DNA from: Emiliania huxleyi CCMP1516
Lineage: Eukaryota
NCBI RefSeq assembly: GCF_000372725.1
Contig: NW_005201192.1
Location: 558,001 to 622,000 of the forward strand
Direction of reading: 5' to 3'
DNA length: 64,000 nucleotides
How positions within the stretch are numbered: position 1 is the stretch's first letter; every line of letters starts with the position of its first letter. Both the position numbers and the translations under genes were made by a program. The notes below the pieces were generated by a model, which was given only the letters and a program-made list of their open reading frames with translations, did not search any database and was not told the DNA's origin. This document shows positions 24,180-36,578 of the stretch, piece by piece.

Positions 24180-27100
24180 CTAGGCCCACTTGAGGCTGGA
24201 CGTGCGCGCGGAGCCGTCCCGCTCATAGACAGTGATGTCGATGGAGCCGGGCACGTAATCGAGCTTGACCTTCTTTCCCACCACGAGCGCGTCGGTCGCA
24301 ATGTCGCGCGCCTGCTCCGACGGGATGGCGTCGAGGACGCGCTGGAAGTCGTCGTTCGCCTCGCCCTGGCACTCGACCGTCATGGGCTTGTCGATCGGCG
24401 TGGCGAAGAGCGAGGTGCAGACGATCACGCAGACCGAACCGTGCTGCGGGTGGTCGGCCAGGCCAAAGCCGGCCACCTTAAGGTCGCCGTTCATCAGGAA
24501 GCTGCGGTTGCGGCGCTGAGCGTCGCCGTCCGAGAGCAGGAGCTGCGCGGCGATAGGCTCGGGCTGCCGGACGCCGTAGACGATAGCCTCGCCCGCGGAG
24601 CCCGAGAAGGTGCCGCGCGAGCTGAGCCGCGTGGTAAGGTCTGTCGGCGACTTCCCGGCGGCCAGCTCCTCGGCGGCCTGCTGCGCGGCGTCGTCGAGCG
24701 CCGCGACGAGGCGGAGGGTGGGCAGGTTGCCCGTCGCCTTGCGCAGCGCCTTGAGGAGGTCGCGGAGCGCGCCGACGCCCTCGGCGGTGACGAGCTTCTT
24801 GCCGCCCCACGACGGCGGGCAGGTGAGGTGGTTGCCCTCGTAGGCGTCGGAGAGCGCCGCCTCGAGCGTGTCGGCGTGGTTCTCCGGCTCCTTGCGCGCC
24901 TTGTTGACGTGCTCGATGACCGCGAGGCCGTGCGCGCGCAGGTCGAGCGGGATGGTCGGCAGCGAGAGCGTCGGGACCGCGCTGCGGTCGGCGGGGAAGG
25001 GATCGAAGGAGGTTGGCTGCAGCGCCCCGTTCTTCTTCTCCATCTCGTCCTCGAGGAACTTGACGTGCTCGTCGGGCAGGCCGAACTCGGAGCCGAGCGA
25101 CGCGGGCGAGACGCCCGTCGCCTCGGCGAGGTCCTCGAGCGCCGCGACGATCTTCTTGGTCGGGAGGGTCGCGTTGCCGGGGGCGAGCTTGGCGGCGCCT
25201 TGCAGCAGCGAGAGGAGCGAGCGCATCTGCGTGAGCGCCGCGGACATCTGGGCGAGCGTGAGCACCGACGGGTTCTGCGCGATGGAGTAGCTCGCCATCT
25301 TGTCGCTCGCAACCTTTGCGGCGCGGTGGTGCGCCTCGCCGACGGGGAGCTGCTCGATCGCAATCTCGGCCGCCTTGCGCACGTCATCGGCGGCGCGGGC
25401 GTCGTCGCCGGCCGGCATCGTGAGCAGCGCGACGGCGCCGGCGTGCCACTTGCGGAACGCCTCCGCCGCCTCCCGGTAGTCGCACTGCAGCTTCTCGGCG
25501 GCGAGCGCGGCGCGGTGCGCCGCCTCGCACGCGGCCGCGCGCGGGGGCATCATCGAGGACAGCTGGCGCCACGTCGCGCACGCCGCCTCGGCGCGCTTGA
25601 TGGCGTCAGGCTCGGCCGCCTCGGGCGCCGGCAGCAGGTCCGACTCCTGCTTGTCGCCAACTTCGCGCAGCGCTTTGATGATCTCCGCCGTGTCGACTGT
25701 GTCGACCGGGAAGCCGACGAGCTCCTCCGCCTCGACGATGGAAGCCTCGAGCGCGCCCGTCGCCTCGGAGAAGGCGCGCCGCTCCGCCGTGAGCCGGCGC
25801 TGCCGCTCGAGCTCCTCCTCCAGCCTCGCCACCCGCTCGGCCATCGGCGCCGCCAGCGAGGGCAGCATATCGACCGTGCCGATGGCCGCCTTTGCGCGCT
25901 CGGCGTACTCCTCGTCCTTGAAGAGGCGCTCGGCGAGCGGCGTCAGGATGGCGACCGACGCGATCTGCAGCCCCAGCGCGGCCGAGACGGCGCGCGCCTC
26001 CTCGAGCAGCGCCGTGACCTCCGCCTCGGTGCCGCCGAGCTCGGAGCGCATCCGCTCCGGCGTCGAGGCCGCCAGCCACTCGGCGACGCGCGTGCAGCCG
26101 CGCTTGAGCCGCTCCCACTCGAGGTTGGCGCCCTGCGCGCGCTTGATCTTGTCCTGGAGCGCGTGCTTCAGCCGCCTCTCCGCCTCCTCCATCGCGGCCC
26201 ACGCCTCCTCCGCCTTGGGCAGCGACTCGGCGATGGCGGCGTCGGCGGGGCCGCCCGCGCCCGCGCGCTGCAGCTGGCGCGTCGCAATGGCGTCGCACGC
26301 GGCCGCGCGCGCGTCGAGGAGGTCGCCCTGCTTGGCCGTCTTGTCGCCGTTGCAGAACTTCTCCAGCGCCGCCAGCGGCGGCTCCGCCGGCGAGACCTTG
26401 TCGCCCTCGAGCGCGGCGAGCTGCTCCTGGAGAGCGGCCGTCTCCTTCTGGGCCCAGTCGGCGATGTCGGCGGCCTTCTGCGCCGCCTCGGCGGCGGCGG
26501 CGGCGGCGTCCTTCTCGACCTTGCGCCGCTGCACGAGCGGCGGCAGCTCGTCGGCGATGTCGGCGAGCGCCTTCTCCTTGCGCGCCGCCTTCTTGAGCCG
26601 CTCCTGCTCCTCGGCGTCGAGCTTGCCGAGCTTGTCGAGCAGCGCCTTCTCGTACTCGCGCTCCGCGTCGCCGAGCCGCTTCCAGCCCTTGTCGAGGTCG
26701 TCGCCCGGCGGCTTCCAGTCGGCGGGCGGGCGGTCCTCGTCCTTGCGCCGGTCGTCGACCGCGCGCCGGCCGGCGTCGATCCCTCCGCGCTCCTTGCCCC
26801 ACTCGGGCTTTGTGTCCGACTGGAACGGGCTGCGCAGGTCGGCCAGCTTCTTCTCGGCCTCCTCCTTGGTGTTGCCGAGGTCGCCGGACTTGACCTTGTC
26901 CTCGAAGTCCTTCGCCTTGTCGTTCACCTTGTCCAGCCACTTGTTCGCGTCGTCCTCGTTCTCCTTCTGAAGCTTGTCCGTCTCGGCCATCGCCTTGTCG
27001 CGCGCCGCCTTCTTGCGCGCGTCGTCGAGCGCCTTTTGCAGCGCGGCGGCGGCGTCGTCGAAGGCGTTCCAGCCGCCCTGCAGCTTGCCCTCGAGGTCGG

Positions 27101-28817
27101 GCGGCGGGTCGCGCCCCTCGGCAGCGAGCCGGTCGGCGACGGCGTGCAGCTCCTTGGCCAGCTCCCCCGTCTCGTCCAGCTTTGGCGGCTTCTCGTCCGA
27201 GAGCAGCTTGTCGAGCTTCGCCTGCTTCTTGGCGATGTCGTCCTCGTCGCCGATGCTGCGCGCGTCGCCGTCCATGTCGCCCTTCTTGCCCTTGAGCCAG
27301 TCCATCAGCTCGTCCGCCTTGTCCTTGAGCCCCTTGAGCAGGTCGTCCGTCTCCTTGGCCCGCTTGGCCGCGTCGAGGTCCGCGAGCCGCCGGCCGAGCG
27401 CGTCCTCGAAGTCGCGCTCGGCCTTCTCCATGTCCTTCCACTTGCCGCCCAGCACCTCGGGCGCGCAGTCCGCGATCTCGCCCTCGTCGAAGACGGGCTG
27501 GTACCCCTCCTTGGCCGCGTCCATCGCGTCCGCCATGATCTCGCCGCGCACCTTGTTGTACAGGTCCGCGAGCCGCGCCTTCTCCTCCGCCTTTGGCGGC
27601 TTGTCGTCCTTGCCCTTCTCCGTCCGGAACTTCTTGAGCCCCTCGAGCTCCTTCTCGCAGCGCTCCTCGGGGTAGGAGGGCGCCTCGCCCTCCTTCTTGC
27701 GGAAATCGCCCTCCTTGCCCTTGGTCCACTTGTTCCTGCGAGCGGCGGCGGCGGCGTGAGTCCCCGAGTCGCCGCGGCGGGCGGCGGGCGGCGGCGGGCG
27801 GCGGGCGTGGTGCGGGCGCACCAGTCATCGACGCCCGTCTTGAGGTCCTGCACCATCTTCTTGAGAGCCGCCTGGCGGGCCTCGCGCTCCGCCTTCTTGC
27901 GCGCCTCCTCCTCCTCCTTGAGCTTGCGCATCATCTCGGCCTCGCGGTCGAGGAAGGCTTGCCGCAGCTTGGCGACGTACGTGATGACGGACTTCTCGTC
28001 GGTGGGGTCGGGACCCGCGAGCTCCTCGGGCTCGAGCAGGCGTGGCACGTCCCACCGCTTCTCAGCGGCGGTGAAGGCCGTGTCGAGGTTGCCGAGCGCC
28101 TTCTTCGGGTCGCTGTTCTTGTCGTAGTTGAGCACGTTCTCGTCGTGCTTGTGCAGCAGCGCGCAGAAGGCGAGGCCGTCGTTGAAGGAGTCGCCCCAGG
28201 TGGTGATGTTGACGCCCTTGTAGCCCGCCGTGCACGCCTTGACCTGAGGCGATGCAGATAATGGGCGCGTCACCGAACGCCTCCTCCTCCCACCACGCCA
28301 CACCACCCTCCCTGCACCCTCGTTGCACCCGGCGTCTACGTGTGCGTCTACGGCCAGCCACCCAGCGCAGCAGCTCCGACTCGTTCGCGCCGTACTTCTG
28401 GATCTCGTAGCGGAGGATGAGCGTCCACGTCAGGCCGCAGATGAGCGTACGGTTGGAGTCGACGAGGTCCTCGGCGCCAATGTTGACCAGCCGGATCCCC
28501 TTCTCCTTCAACGCCTTGAGGAAGATGTTTTGGTTCTCCAGCTTCTGGAAGCGCGACGGCGGCTTCTTGCTGTACTTTTTGACAAGCGTGCCCGACAGCT
28601 CCTCGTACAGCATGATCGGGTTGACACCAGGGCTGACCTCCACCACCAGGTCCTCGATCTTAACGCCGCGAGGCTTCAAGACGCTGTTCCACCAGCGCGT
28701 AAAGGTCTTGAGCTGCTGCGCGTCCTGCGCCTCGCGCATCGACGCAGCCTTGCTGGCGAAGTCCGCATCCTCGGCCGTGGTGCCTGCGGGCGTGCTCTTT
28801 TTGCCAAAGACGCCCAT
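24180..28817 (-). CDS. Alpha-actinin/spectrin-like protein: tandem CH domains, spectrin-like rod, C-terminal CAP(SCP)-like domain; exons 28817-28362, 28243-27822, 27735-24180
   Basis: QLKTFTRWWN, LVNIGAEDLVD...LICGLTWTLILRY (CH1). LLRWV...SFNDGLAFCALLH...DEKSVITYV (CH2). Long helical Trp-spaced repeats. GEAIVYG...LLLSDG...RRNR..LM..D.KVAG (CAP-like). Two GT-AG introns keep the frame. Confidence 0.85.
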
Positions 28818-29759
28818 TCCTGTGCTCACGAGTCCGCCTTCGTCGGCGTCTTTCGGCGGCGAGTGCTCACCAGACGTCCTTCCAATCGGCGTCACGTGGC
28901 CGCTTTTTTTTCTTCCGGTGAGCCAGCCTGCCTCCCTCTCCAACAGGCAGTTGTTTAGGTATGTTGTTGGCAAACAAGACACGGAGCTCACACAGGATCA
29001 CAGCGGGAGGAAAGCGGCGAGTCGCAATTCCAGGGGTCGTTGTGGCGGGCCACCCTGTCCAGAAAGGCATGGATGCCAATCTGGGGTCTCTCGACCGAGT
29101 CTGATTTCGCCTCGCCGCCTCCCGGTGGTAAGTAAGGCTGTAGAGCCAAAGCGGCGGAGATGGCGGGGGAGGGCGGGGGATCGAGGAAAGCACGACTCGC
29201 ACCGACCCTTCACGAACCGAAAGGCTGCACCCGTGGAAGGCACAGTAATCCGGGCACGTGTTGGGCGCCCCATTCCCGTTTAGGGCTAGGTCGGCTCAGG
29301 GCCCCGTCCACTTCCCTCCCACTTGGCGCGTGATGATGTGGTAGGTAATGGGTCGTGCAGAGTATCGACCTCTGGCTTGTCAGCCAGTCACTTGATGAAG
29401 AGAGAGAGATTTTCAGAAGCCAACAAGAAATGTGGCACACACAGTGATTTGGGCTCGGCAGCGCGTCGTCCTCCCATCCCTCCCTTGGGTTGTCTGTGTT
29501 CTTTCTTTCTTTCTTTCGGCAGCTTGTCGACTACCAGCCGAAGCCGGAGTCGGAACCTAGCCGAGATGGCCGCGTCGAGGTAGAGAAGAGCCGGAGCCGC
29601 ATGACGGTCTTGGTCGGAGGAGGAGTGGTCGGACTCTCTCTTCTCTTGATGAATGACATTCTCAGACACGGTTCTCTCCCTAGCAGGGATGCCGGCGATG
29701 GTACCGGACTTGGACACTTGCTTGAAGTGCAGTCGGGGTCCCGTACCATGCGCGGATCG

Positions 29760-29945
29760 GCCCTATCAAGTGCTCAAGCGCTCAAGTGCAGTCATCAGTC
29801 AGCCTCACATCCAGGGCCGGGGGGCTAAGAAGCTCACCCAGGGCCAGATGATCGGGATCGGGTTGCGGGCAAGAGAGCCCTAGCCCTGGGCGGACTTGGA
29901 GCACTTGGAGTGCAGTCGGCAGAGCTCTCACATCCAGGGCCTCGG
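29760..29945 (+). repeat. Dispersed repeat family A, copy 1
   Basis: cctcacatccagggccgg...atcgggttgcgggcaagagagccctagccctggg, shared with 52831-53135 and (inverted) 43981-44255. Confidence 0.8.
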
Positions 29946-31859
29946 ACGTGCGAGTTTTCGCGGCTGGCTCTCGGTCGCTGTAAAAGGCTGACTGCCATTG
30001 GATTGGGCGACCAACTGCATGCCGCCGAGCGAGGAGGAACAACGAGCCGCGGCCCCGGGCGAAGCCAGCGAGCGCAGCGACACCGCCATCGACAGCGTCG
30101 AGACCAGCGCAGCGAGCGCGGCCGCGCCCAACGGCGCGGCCGCACCTGGCAGCCCTCCGGCGCCCGCTACTTTTTGGTGGAGGCTTCCCGGGACGGATCT
30201 TGCGGCTCAAGCGAGCAGTCGGCGATCCGCCGCATCCTCGTGGCTTCGTCGAAGGGGGGTGTGGCCTGACCACACACACCTAGAGCGCCTCTGGCCATGA
30301 CTGCAGCCTCACTCTGACGAGTTTTGCCGACGTACATGCCCGCTGGTCGTCTCGGAAGATGCCCGCCTCAAGCGACACTCACACGTACACGACGGTGTCC
30401 GTGAATCTCCTGGACGCTGGTCCGCCTACTCCCAGTCCCCCACCTAAACAGGCAACGGCGAGATCTGACGATGGGTCTGGTGGTGAGGACAGGTCCACCA
30501 ATACAACGGGCACTGGCGGTGCGGATAGCTGCTGCTGCACAATCAGCTAGCCGGAAGCAGCGCTGATCCGAGTGGAGATGATCAGCGTCCGTGATGATTT
30601 GGCAGTCTTCTTTCTCGCTGCTGGTCACTGAGACCAGTTAATGTACCGGTGCGGATTAGACTTTGATAGACCCGGCGAATCGTAGCTATCCACTCCCCTG
30701 TGTCAGGCTGTGTGGTCGTGTCCAGAGCAGTCACTGCTCAGACCGTTCTTCATCACATGCACCTCGAACATGGATGCCCATACCGATACACACTCCCTTC
30801 AGCCCTCTCTCTCCCACTAGGCGAAAGCATAGAAAGAACAACGAAACATGCACACAGCGCATCTGCCATCTCTCTCTCTCTGTGTATACACTCTGACACT
30901 CGCCATTGGCCGCGTGCGGAGGCCCGAGGCGTGATAAAACCGCGCCATTCGCTCTCAGCCTCTCACACCTGGCAACCCCTGTCTGCACGTCTCGCGCGCA
31001 CACACACATGTGTTGGGTTTGTTATTTTGGTATTGCCGTAATACGGATCTGATGGAGATGGAGCTCCCAGCAGGCACAGGCCGGACACCGGGACAACGCG
31101 GGGGGATCAACCGGTTCCAGAGGGATCGATCAGAAATCGACCGCCGGCGGTGCGTCAGTGTTGATCTCGACAGCTACCACACCCCTGGCTACGGCTTCCG
31201 GGATCTCGCCATCGACGTCTTCCTGTACATGGGCCCCGTCCCCCGTGGGGTCGGGCTGACCTGTCTCATCCCTGAGCCAATGGACTATACCGTTCCCGGG
31301 CATAAGCCCCCCCCCCTCCACCCACCCACCCACCACCACACCCCCGTTCACGCGCGCAATCCTGCTGATTCATACCATGCTCACTGCACAGTGTTCAGTG
31401 ACCGACGCCGATCGCTGGGCGCCGAGTCTACACTAGAGGCCCAGGCGCCAGGCCCAGGGCCAGGCCGCGCGTCGTCGTCGTCTATTAGCCGCACAATCTC
31501 ACATCCGATAATGCGGGCCGAGCCTCGGACCGCAACTCTTAATGACAAGTACGCACTCACTCACTTAGCCTGTGTCTTTGGGAGGGTGTTTGTCCCATGT
31601 GTCTATCTCCACCATCCTTCGTCACGTAATGTCCCCGAAAATTCTTCAGCAGCGTGCACCTCGATCCTGTACCGTGTTTGTTATGACCCTCCAATGAACT
31701 CACCAGCGGACACCTACCCAACGCGGCCAAAGGATATCCACCTCGAGAACCTCGAGAACACTTACCCCGCCCGAACCCTGGCTGGGGCTACCAGCCTGAG
31801 CGCCATAACATCTCCCACTACACTGGGCGGTGCTGGTTTTGGCGGACACACGCACACAC

Positions 31860-34447
31860 ATGAACCTCGCCCTGCTCGACCCCTTCTCGCACAACGAGCT
31901 GCCCGAGGTGATCGAGGCGAAGCTCGAGGTGCCGTCCACCGTGAGCGTGTGCGCCTTCAACCGGCGCGGCTCAATGCTCGCTGGCGGCTGCGACAACGGC
32001 CACGTCATCGTGTGGGACTTTGAGACGCACGGCGTGGCGCGCACGCTGGAGCTGCACGAGGCGCCCGTCACCTCGGTCTCGTGGACCAAGTCCTCGCGCC
32101 GTCTCCTCTCCTCTGGCGCCGACGGCCGGCTCGCTGTCTGGGATGTGCTCGGCGCCTGCGTCGTGCAGCTGCTGGCGCGCGAGAACCTCGAGTTCACCGG
32201 GGCGAGCACGCACCCGCTGCGGCGCGACGTGTGCCTCGCCTGCTCCTCGTCCACGGTCGTCGCCTCACGCGAGGTCTCCCTCGTCTTTTGGGAGGCCGCC
32301 GGCCCTCGAAGCCTCGCGCTGCTGTCGCCGGACGCACCTGCGGACGAGCCTGCGGGCGGAGGAGGGGAGGGGGCGGCGGGCGGCTCGGGCGGCTCGCGGA
32401 GACAGCCGCCGCCGCTGGTGGCGTGCTTCGACAAGCCGGGCGAGCGCGTCCTCATCGGCTCGGGCAAGGGGCTCGTCACTCTGCTCGATTTGAGCGGTGC
32501 TCGCCTCGCGGAGATGCAGGCGGCGGGGCGGGGAGGGCGGCGGGGCGCTCGAGGGGGGACGGTCGGAGACATGTCCTACGACATGTCCTGCAGGTGGCGG
32601 GTGGGCCGGTGCTGCGCTCCCTCGCGCTGTCGCGCGATGGCATGTCTTTCGTCCTCGTGTGCGCCGACCGCGTGATCCGCGCCTTCGCGCTGGAGCGCTT
32701 CTTTGAGGGCGGCGCCGCAGCCGGCCGAGAGCACCAGGACGTTGTCAGTCGCGTGCCGTGGGCGCGACGCCACGCCTCCCCCTCCGACCAGGGTGGGATG
32801 GGATATCAGTGAGGTTGCGTGCGTTACCCACAAAGCGTTGCTGCGGCCTCCTTTGGCGGGCGCCTCAAGCCACAAGCGTTGTCAAGCCCTCGCCGTTCTC
32901 TCGCCTCATTCGCTGCTGGGCCTGGGGTCGACTGCGGCGCCACCAGTTGGCAGCGCCAGCCTCGCCGCCCACTCCCACTCGGCGGCGACCTCCTCCTCCG
33001 AACGAGCGCCCGACGCGATCGCGTCCGTCAGCCTGTCCGCCTCTGCCTCGCTCAGCAGCGCGCGGCGAACCGCCGCGTCGAGCAGCGCCGTCACGTCCCC
33101 GGCGTCGGCCTCCTCGACGGCCGAATGGGGCGGGGCGGGCGCGGCGCCACCCGCAGGCGCTGCTCCTTGCGTGGCGCACTCGGCCGGCTCGGCCCGCTCG
33201 GAAGAAGCGGCGGCAGCGGCGGCAGCGGCGGCGGCGGCAGCAGCTGCGGTGCTCGCAGCTGCGGCGGCGGCCAGGTCCNNNNNNNNNNNNNNNNNNNNNN
33301 NNNNNNNNNNNNNNNNNNNNNNNNNNNNNNNNNNNNNNNNNNNNNNNNNNNNNNNNNNNNNNNNNNNNNNNNNNNNNNGAAAAAAAATTTTTTTTATCTC
33401 TCTTACTCAACCACTACGTCAAGCCCGCACCTCATGGGAGAAAAAGCCTTTTTCTTGGGCCCCCTTCCTGGCCGGGGGCCCCCTTTGCTTGCGCCCCCGC
33501 CCTTGGGAAAGCCCCTGGTTTTCCCCCCCCCCTTTGCCCCCCCCCCCTCCCTGCTTCCCGCCCCCGCCTGCCCTCGCCGGGACCCGCCCCCCCGCCGGGC
33601 AGCACAGGCGCTCGCAGCCTTCACCTCGGACTCAGAGCACGTCATCGGCGCGGCGGCGGCCGCCGAGCAGAAGCTCTACATCTGGGACGGAGACCGCCAG
33701 CTTGCAAAGATGCTGGACGGGCCAAAGGAGTGGCGCCTCCCCCTCCCCCCTCCCCCTCCCGCCCCTCGCCCCTTCCCTCCCTCGACGCGCTCGTGAGGTG
33801 CCTCGGCGCGGTCTCGCCGGCCCCCGCACCCCCGCACCCCTTCACCCGCCACTCCCCCCCCTCCCTCGTCGCCCCCCTGCGCCCTGCGCAGGACCCGATT
33901 GTCTACTATTAATTAATCATTTTAATTATTAATTATTAATTAATAATTAATAATCCCTGCGCAGGACCCGATTGTCTACTTCGCGTACCACCCGACGCGG
34001 CCGATCCTCGCCTGCTGCGCTAAGTCGGGCGACATCTTCGTCTGGACGAAGCAGTACTGCGAGAACTGGTCCGCCTTCGCGCCCGACTTCAAGGAGCTCG
34101 AGGAGAACGAGGAGTACGAGGCGCGCGAGGCGGCGGGGACGCCACCGCCGCAGCGGGACGCGTCTCTTCACGGGCGCAGCCGCGAGTAGGAGCGCGAGGA
34201 CGAGTTTGACCAGCAGCCGGCGCAGGTCGAGGCCAAGGCGGAGGACGAGGCGGAGCACATCGACATTGTCACCCTCGAGCCCTCCGAGCTGGCGCACTTT
34301 CCGGACGCGGACGACCCGGACATCGAGCTCGAGTGCCTCCCCATCCGCCCGCTCGCCGACGACGACGAGTCCGCCGAGGGCGGCGCCGGGATCGGGGAGG
34401 CGGACGCCGAGCGAAAGGCGCCGCTCGGCCGGAAGCGGAAGGTGTGA
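31860..34447 (+). CDS. RBBP5: RBBP5/Swd1 WD40 subunit of the COMPASS/SET1 complex (multi-exon, spans an assembly gap)
   Basis: MNLALLDPF...[38 protein letters not shown]...W....[25 protein letters not shown] are RBBP5 signatures. Confidence 0.88.
32815..33278 (-). repeat. Inverted copy of 39300-39760 (3' part of the C9orf85-like gene) inside an RBBP5 intron, abutting the gap
   Basis: Near-identical reverse complement with a few differences near 32835-32885. Confidence 0.9.
33279..33378. other. Assembly gap (100 N)
   Basis: Run of N. Confidence 1.
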
Positions 34448-34907
34448 CGTGGAGTCGCTCCTTGCTAATGGAGCTCAATGAGCAGTGAGGAAAACACACA
34501 CAGATCACTCCGCGCGTGTGTGGGGGTCTGCGTCGTACGTAAGCTACTGGGTCGGTCGTCGGAGTATATAGCTAGGTGGGTCACAGGTTTTGAGTGGTGT
34601 GTAAAAGAGGGGGCAGGGGGGCCACAGGGGGCGCCCACAAGCACAACGATAAAAGTCCTAAGTCGCGGCGCCGGGGGGTAGGCCGTCCATATCGGGAAAT
34701 CGCGCCGCGCAATACACGCACCAGTGTCGCATCTAGGCTCTAGCCAGTCTTCCCCCACAAACAGTGAGGAAGATGGGGAAGTGGGGAGGTGTGTGTCTGT
34801 GTGGTGTGCGGGGGTGTTTGGACGCGCATATGTAATTCTCGGTAATCGAGAGAGAGAGAACAGAGCACACGCCTCACGCGACCCCGCGACCCGCGCCTGC
34901 CCAGCTG

Positions 34908-36578
34908 TCACACTGCAGCGCGGTCGAGCAGCTTGCCTCGGTAGATGGCCCGGTTGCGCACGCCTAGCGCCAGTGCGCCCGCAGTGCCCGCCGCACACGC
35001 GCCGAGGATGGCCAGGTGGGTGGCGCGATAGCAGAGGGAGCCGTGGCACTCGGCGGCGGCGCCGGGCGTCGTGACGTGAGCGTGCGCGGCGTACACTTTG
35101 GTGGCGAGGAGGGTGGAGAGGAGGAGGGAGGAGGAGGAGGCGGCGAGCGAGAAGAGGTTGTACACCGTCGCAAAGTGGCGGGCCGGGAAGATGTCGCCCA
35201 CGATCGACGGCAGGAGCGACCACACCGCGCCGTAGGCGGCGCCACCGGCGGCGGCGCCGAGGTAGAGCAGCGGCGGCGACGCGGCGCCGAGCAGCGCCGC
35301 GTGCGCCGCGCCCATCAGGCAAGTGGCCGCGGCGAGCAAGTGCGGCCGCGGCACGCGCCTGCGCGAGAGTGCGTCGGAGCAGGCGCCAGCGGCCATCCGG
35401 CCGATGCAGTTGCAGGCGGAGAGGAGCGAGACGAGGATGGGGGACGCCTGGGATGAAGCCTGCGCGGGCGCGGCGGCAGTGACGATCTTGCCGATGTGGT
35501 TGAGCAAGACGATGCCGCCGCCCCAGCCGGCAAAGGCCGCGACGAAGAGGAGGCCGAAATCGACGCTCGCCACCGACGCCCAGACGCCGCTCCCTGGCTG
35601 TTGCCCGTCCGGAGGCGGCGAGAGCTGCAGCGGCGGCCCCTGCGGCGCGTGCTGCGCGTGCTGCGTGGGGCCCGCCCCGCTCTCGCGTCGAGCGGCGGCG
35701 GCGTCGGCCTCCTCGAGCAGCCCCACCCGGCCGGCCACCGAGGACGAGCCGACGGAGGGCGAGCCGGCGGCTGCGGCGGCGCCCCACGCGAGGCTGGGCA
35801 GGGCGAGGAGGGAGGCGGCGACGAGGCCGAGGGCGCCGAGCGAGAAGGCGCGGCTTGCGGCGAGCGGCGAGAAGGCGCGCAGCAGGCTGATGGCCACCAT
35901 CGCGACGGCGAGGGCGCCGACGAGGGCGTAGCCGCGCGCAAAGCGGCGCGAGGGCGAGTCGGCGTCGAGCGGGCGCGGCGGGGCGAGGCGGCGGACCAGC
36001 GGCGCGAGTGCGAGTGCGAGGAGGCAGAGGGCGACGCCGAGGAAGAGGAGGAAGGCGGGCGCCGCGTCGGGCGCCGCGAAGAAAGCGAGGAAAACCTGCG
36101 TCAGCAGCGAGCCAGACAGGCCGTAGAAGGACTTTGTCAGCCCGAGCACGAGGCCGCGCGACTCGCGGAAGTTGGCGCTGCAGGTGGCAATGGCGGCGCA
36201 GTCGAAGTAGCCCGACCCGTGCCCCCACAGGAACCAGAGCAGCCAGAGTACCGCAAAGTTGGCGTGCACATCAAACGCGGAACAGAGCCAGAGGCCGCCG
36301 TAGCCGAGCAGCGTGAGCGCCGCGCCCGCAAAGACGACCGTCCGCGGGCCGCCTCGGCGCGCGTCGTACAAAAAGCCGGCGAGCGGCACCCAGTTGCCCA
36401 GGTTGGACGCGAAGACCAAGTACTCCATGAGCGCCTCGCCGTCTGCGGCGCCAGGAAACAGGCGCGGCCGAAGCGCGGCGAGGTAGAGGTTTGTGATGTA
36501 CACGCTCCCGCCGCAGAGCTCGAGCAGCATTGAGGCGACCAGGACGGACCAGCGGGAAGTGGGGAAGAGCGAAGACAT
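34908..36578 (-). CDS. MFS transporter, nodulin-like/Mch1 (NFD4-like) family
   Basis: About 12 hydrophobic segments, AGFLYD..GPR, NF..SRGLVLGLTKSFYGLSGS, and NCIGRMAAG..SD. Intronless, 556 aa. Confidence 0.88.
   Translation of the reverse strand: MSSLFPTSRWSVLVASMLLELCGGSVYITNLYLAALRPRLFPGAADGEALMEYLVFASNLGNWVPLAGFLYDARRGGPRTVVFAGAALTLLGYGGLWLCSAFDVHANFAVLWLLWFLWGHGSGYFDCAAIATCSANFRESRGLVLGLTKSFYGLSGSLLTQVFLAFFAAPDAAPAFLLFLGVALCLLALALAPLVRRLAPPRPLDADSPSRRFARGYALVGALAVAMVAISLLRAFSPLAASRAFSLGALGLVAASLLALPSLAWGAAAAAGSPSVGSSSVAGRVGLLEEADAAAARRESGAGPTQHAQHAPQGPPLQLSPPPDGQQPGSGVWASVASVDFGLLFVAAFAGWGGGIVLLNHIGKIVTAAAPAQASSQASPILVSLLSACNCIGRMAAGACSDALSRRRVPRPHLLAAATCLMGAAHAALLGAASPPLLYLGAAAGGAAYGAVWSLLPSIVGDIFPARHFATVYNLFSLAASSSSLLLSTLLATKVYAAHAHVTTPGAAAECHGSLCYRATHLAILGACAAGTAGALALGVRNRAIYRGKLLDRAAV

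Noticed and set aside
23620..24183. ORFs with CVCVCV/HTHTHT or MHMHMH runs (also 1149-1802 and 49275-49469)
   Set aside because: These are translations of microsatellites.
24441..28127. 1228-aa plus-strand ORF, and similar long antisense ORFs (16459-19167, 10299-11903)
   Set aside because: These are shadows of real genes on the opposite strand. High GC3 suppresses stop codons, and they show no recognisable motifs.
29000..31850. Possible gene or retroelement ORFs (e.g. 31010-32023)
   Set aside because: No RT, integrase or transposase motifs are recognisable. The region looks like a degenerate repeat patchwork.
32815..33278. Antisense C9orf85-like copy in an RBBP5 intron as a regulatory element
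   Set aside because: It ends exactly at the N gap next to low-quality sequence, so mis-assembly or an allelic/chimeric read is more likely. It is unproven without long reads.
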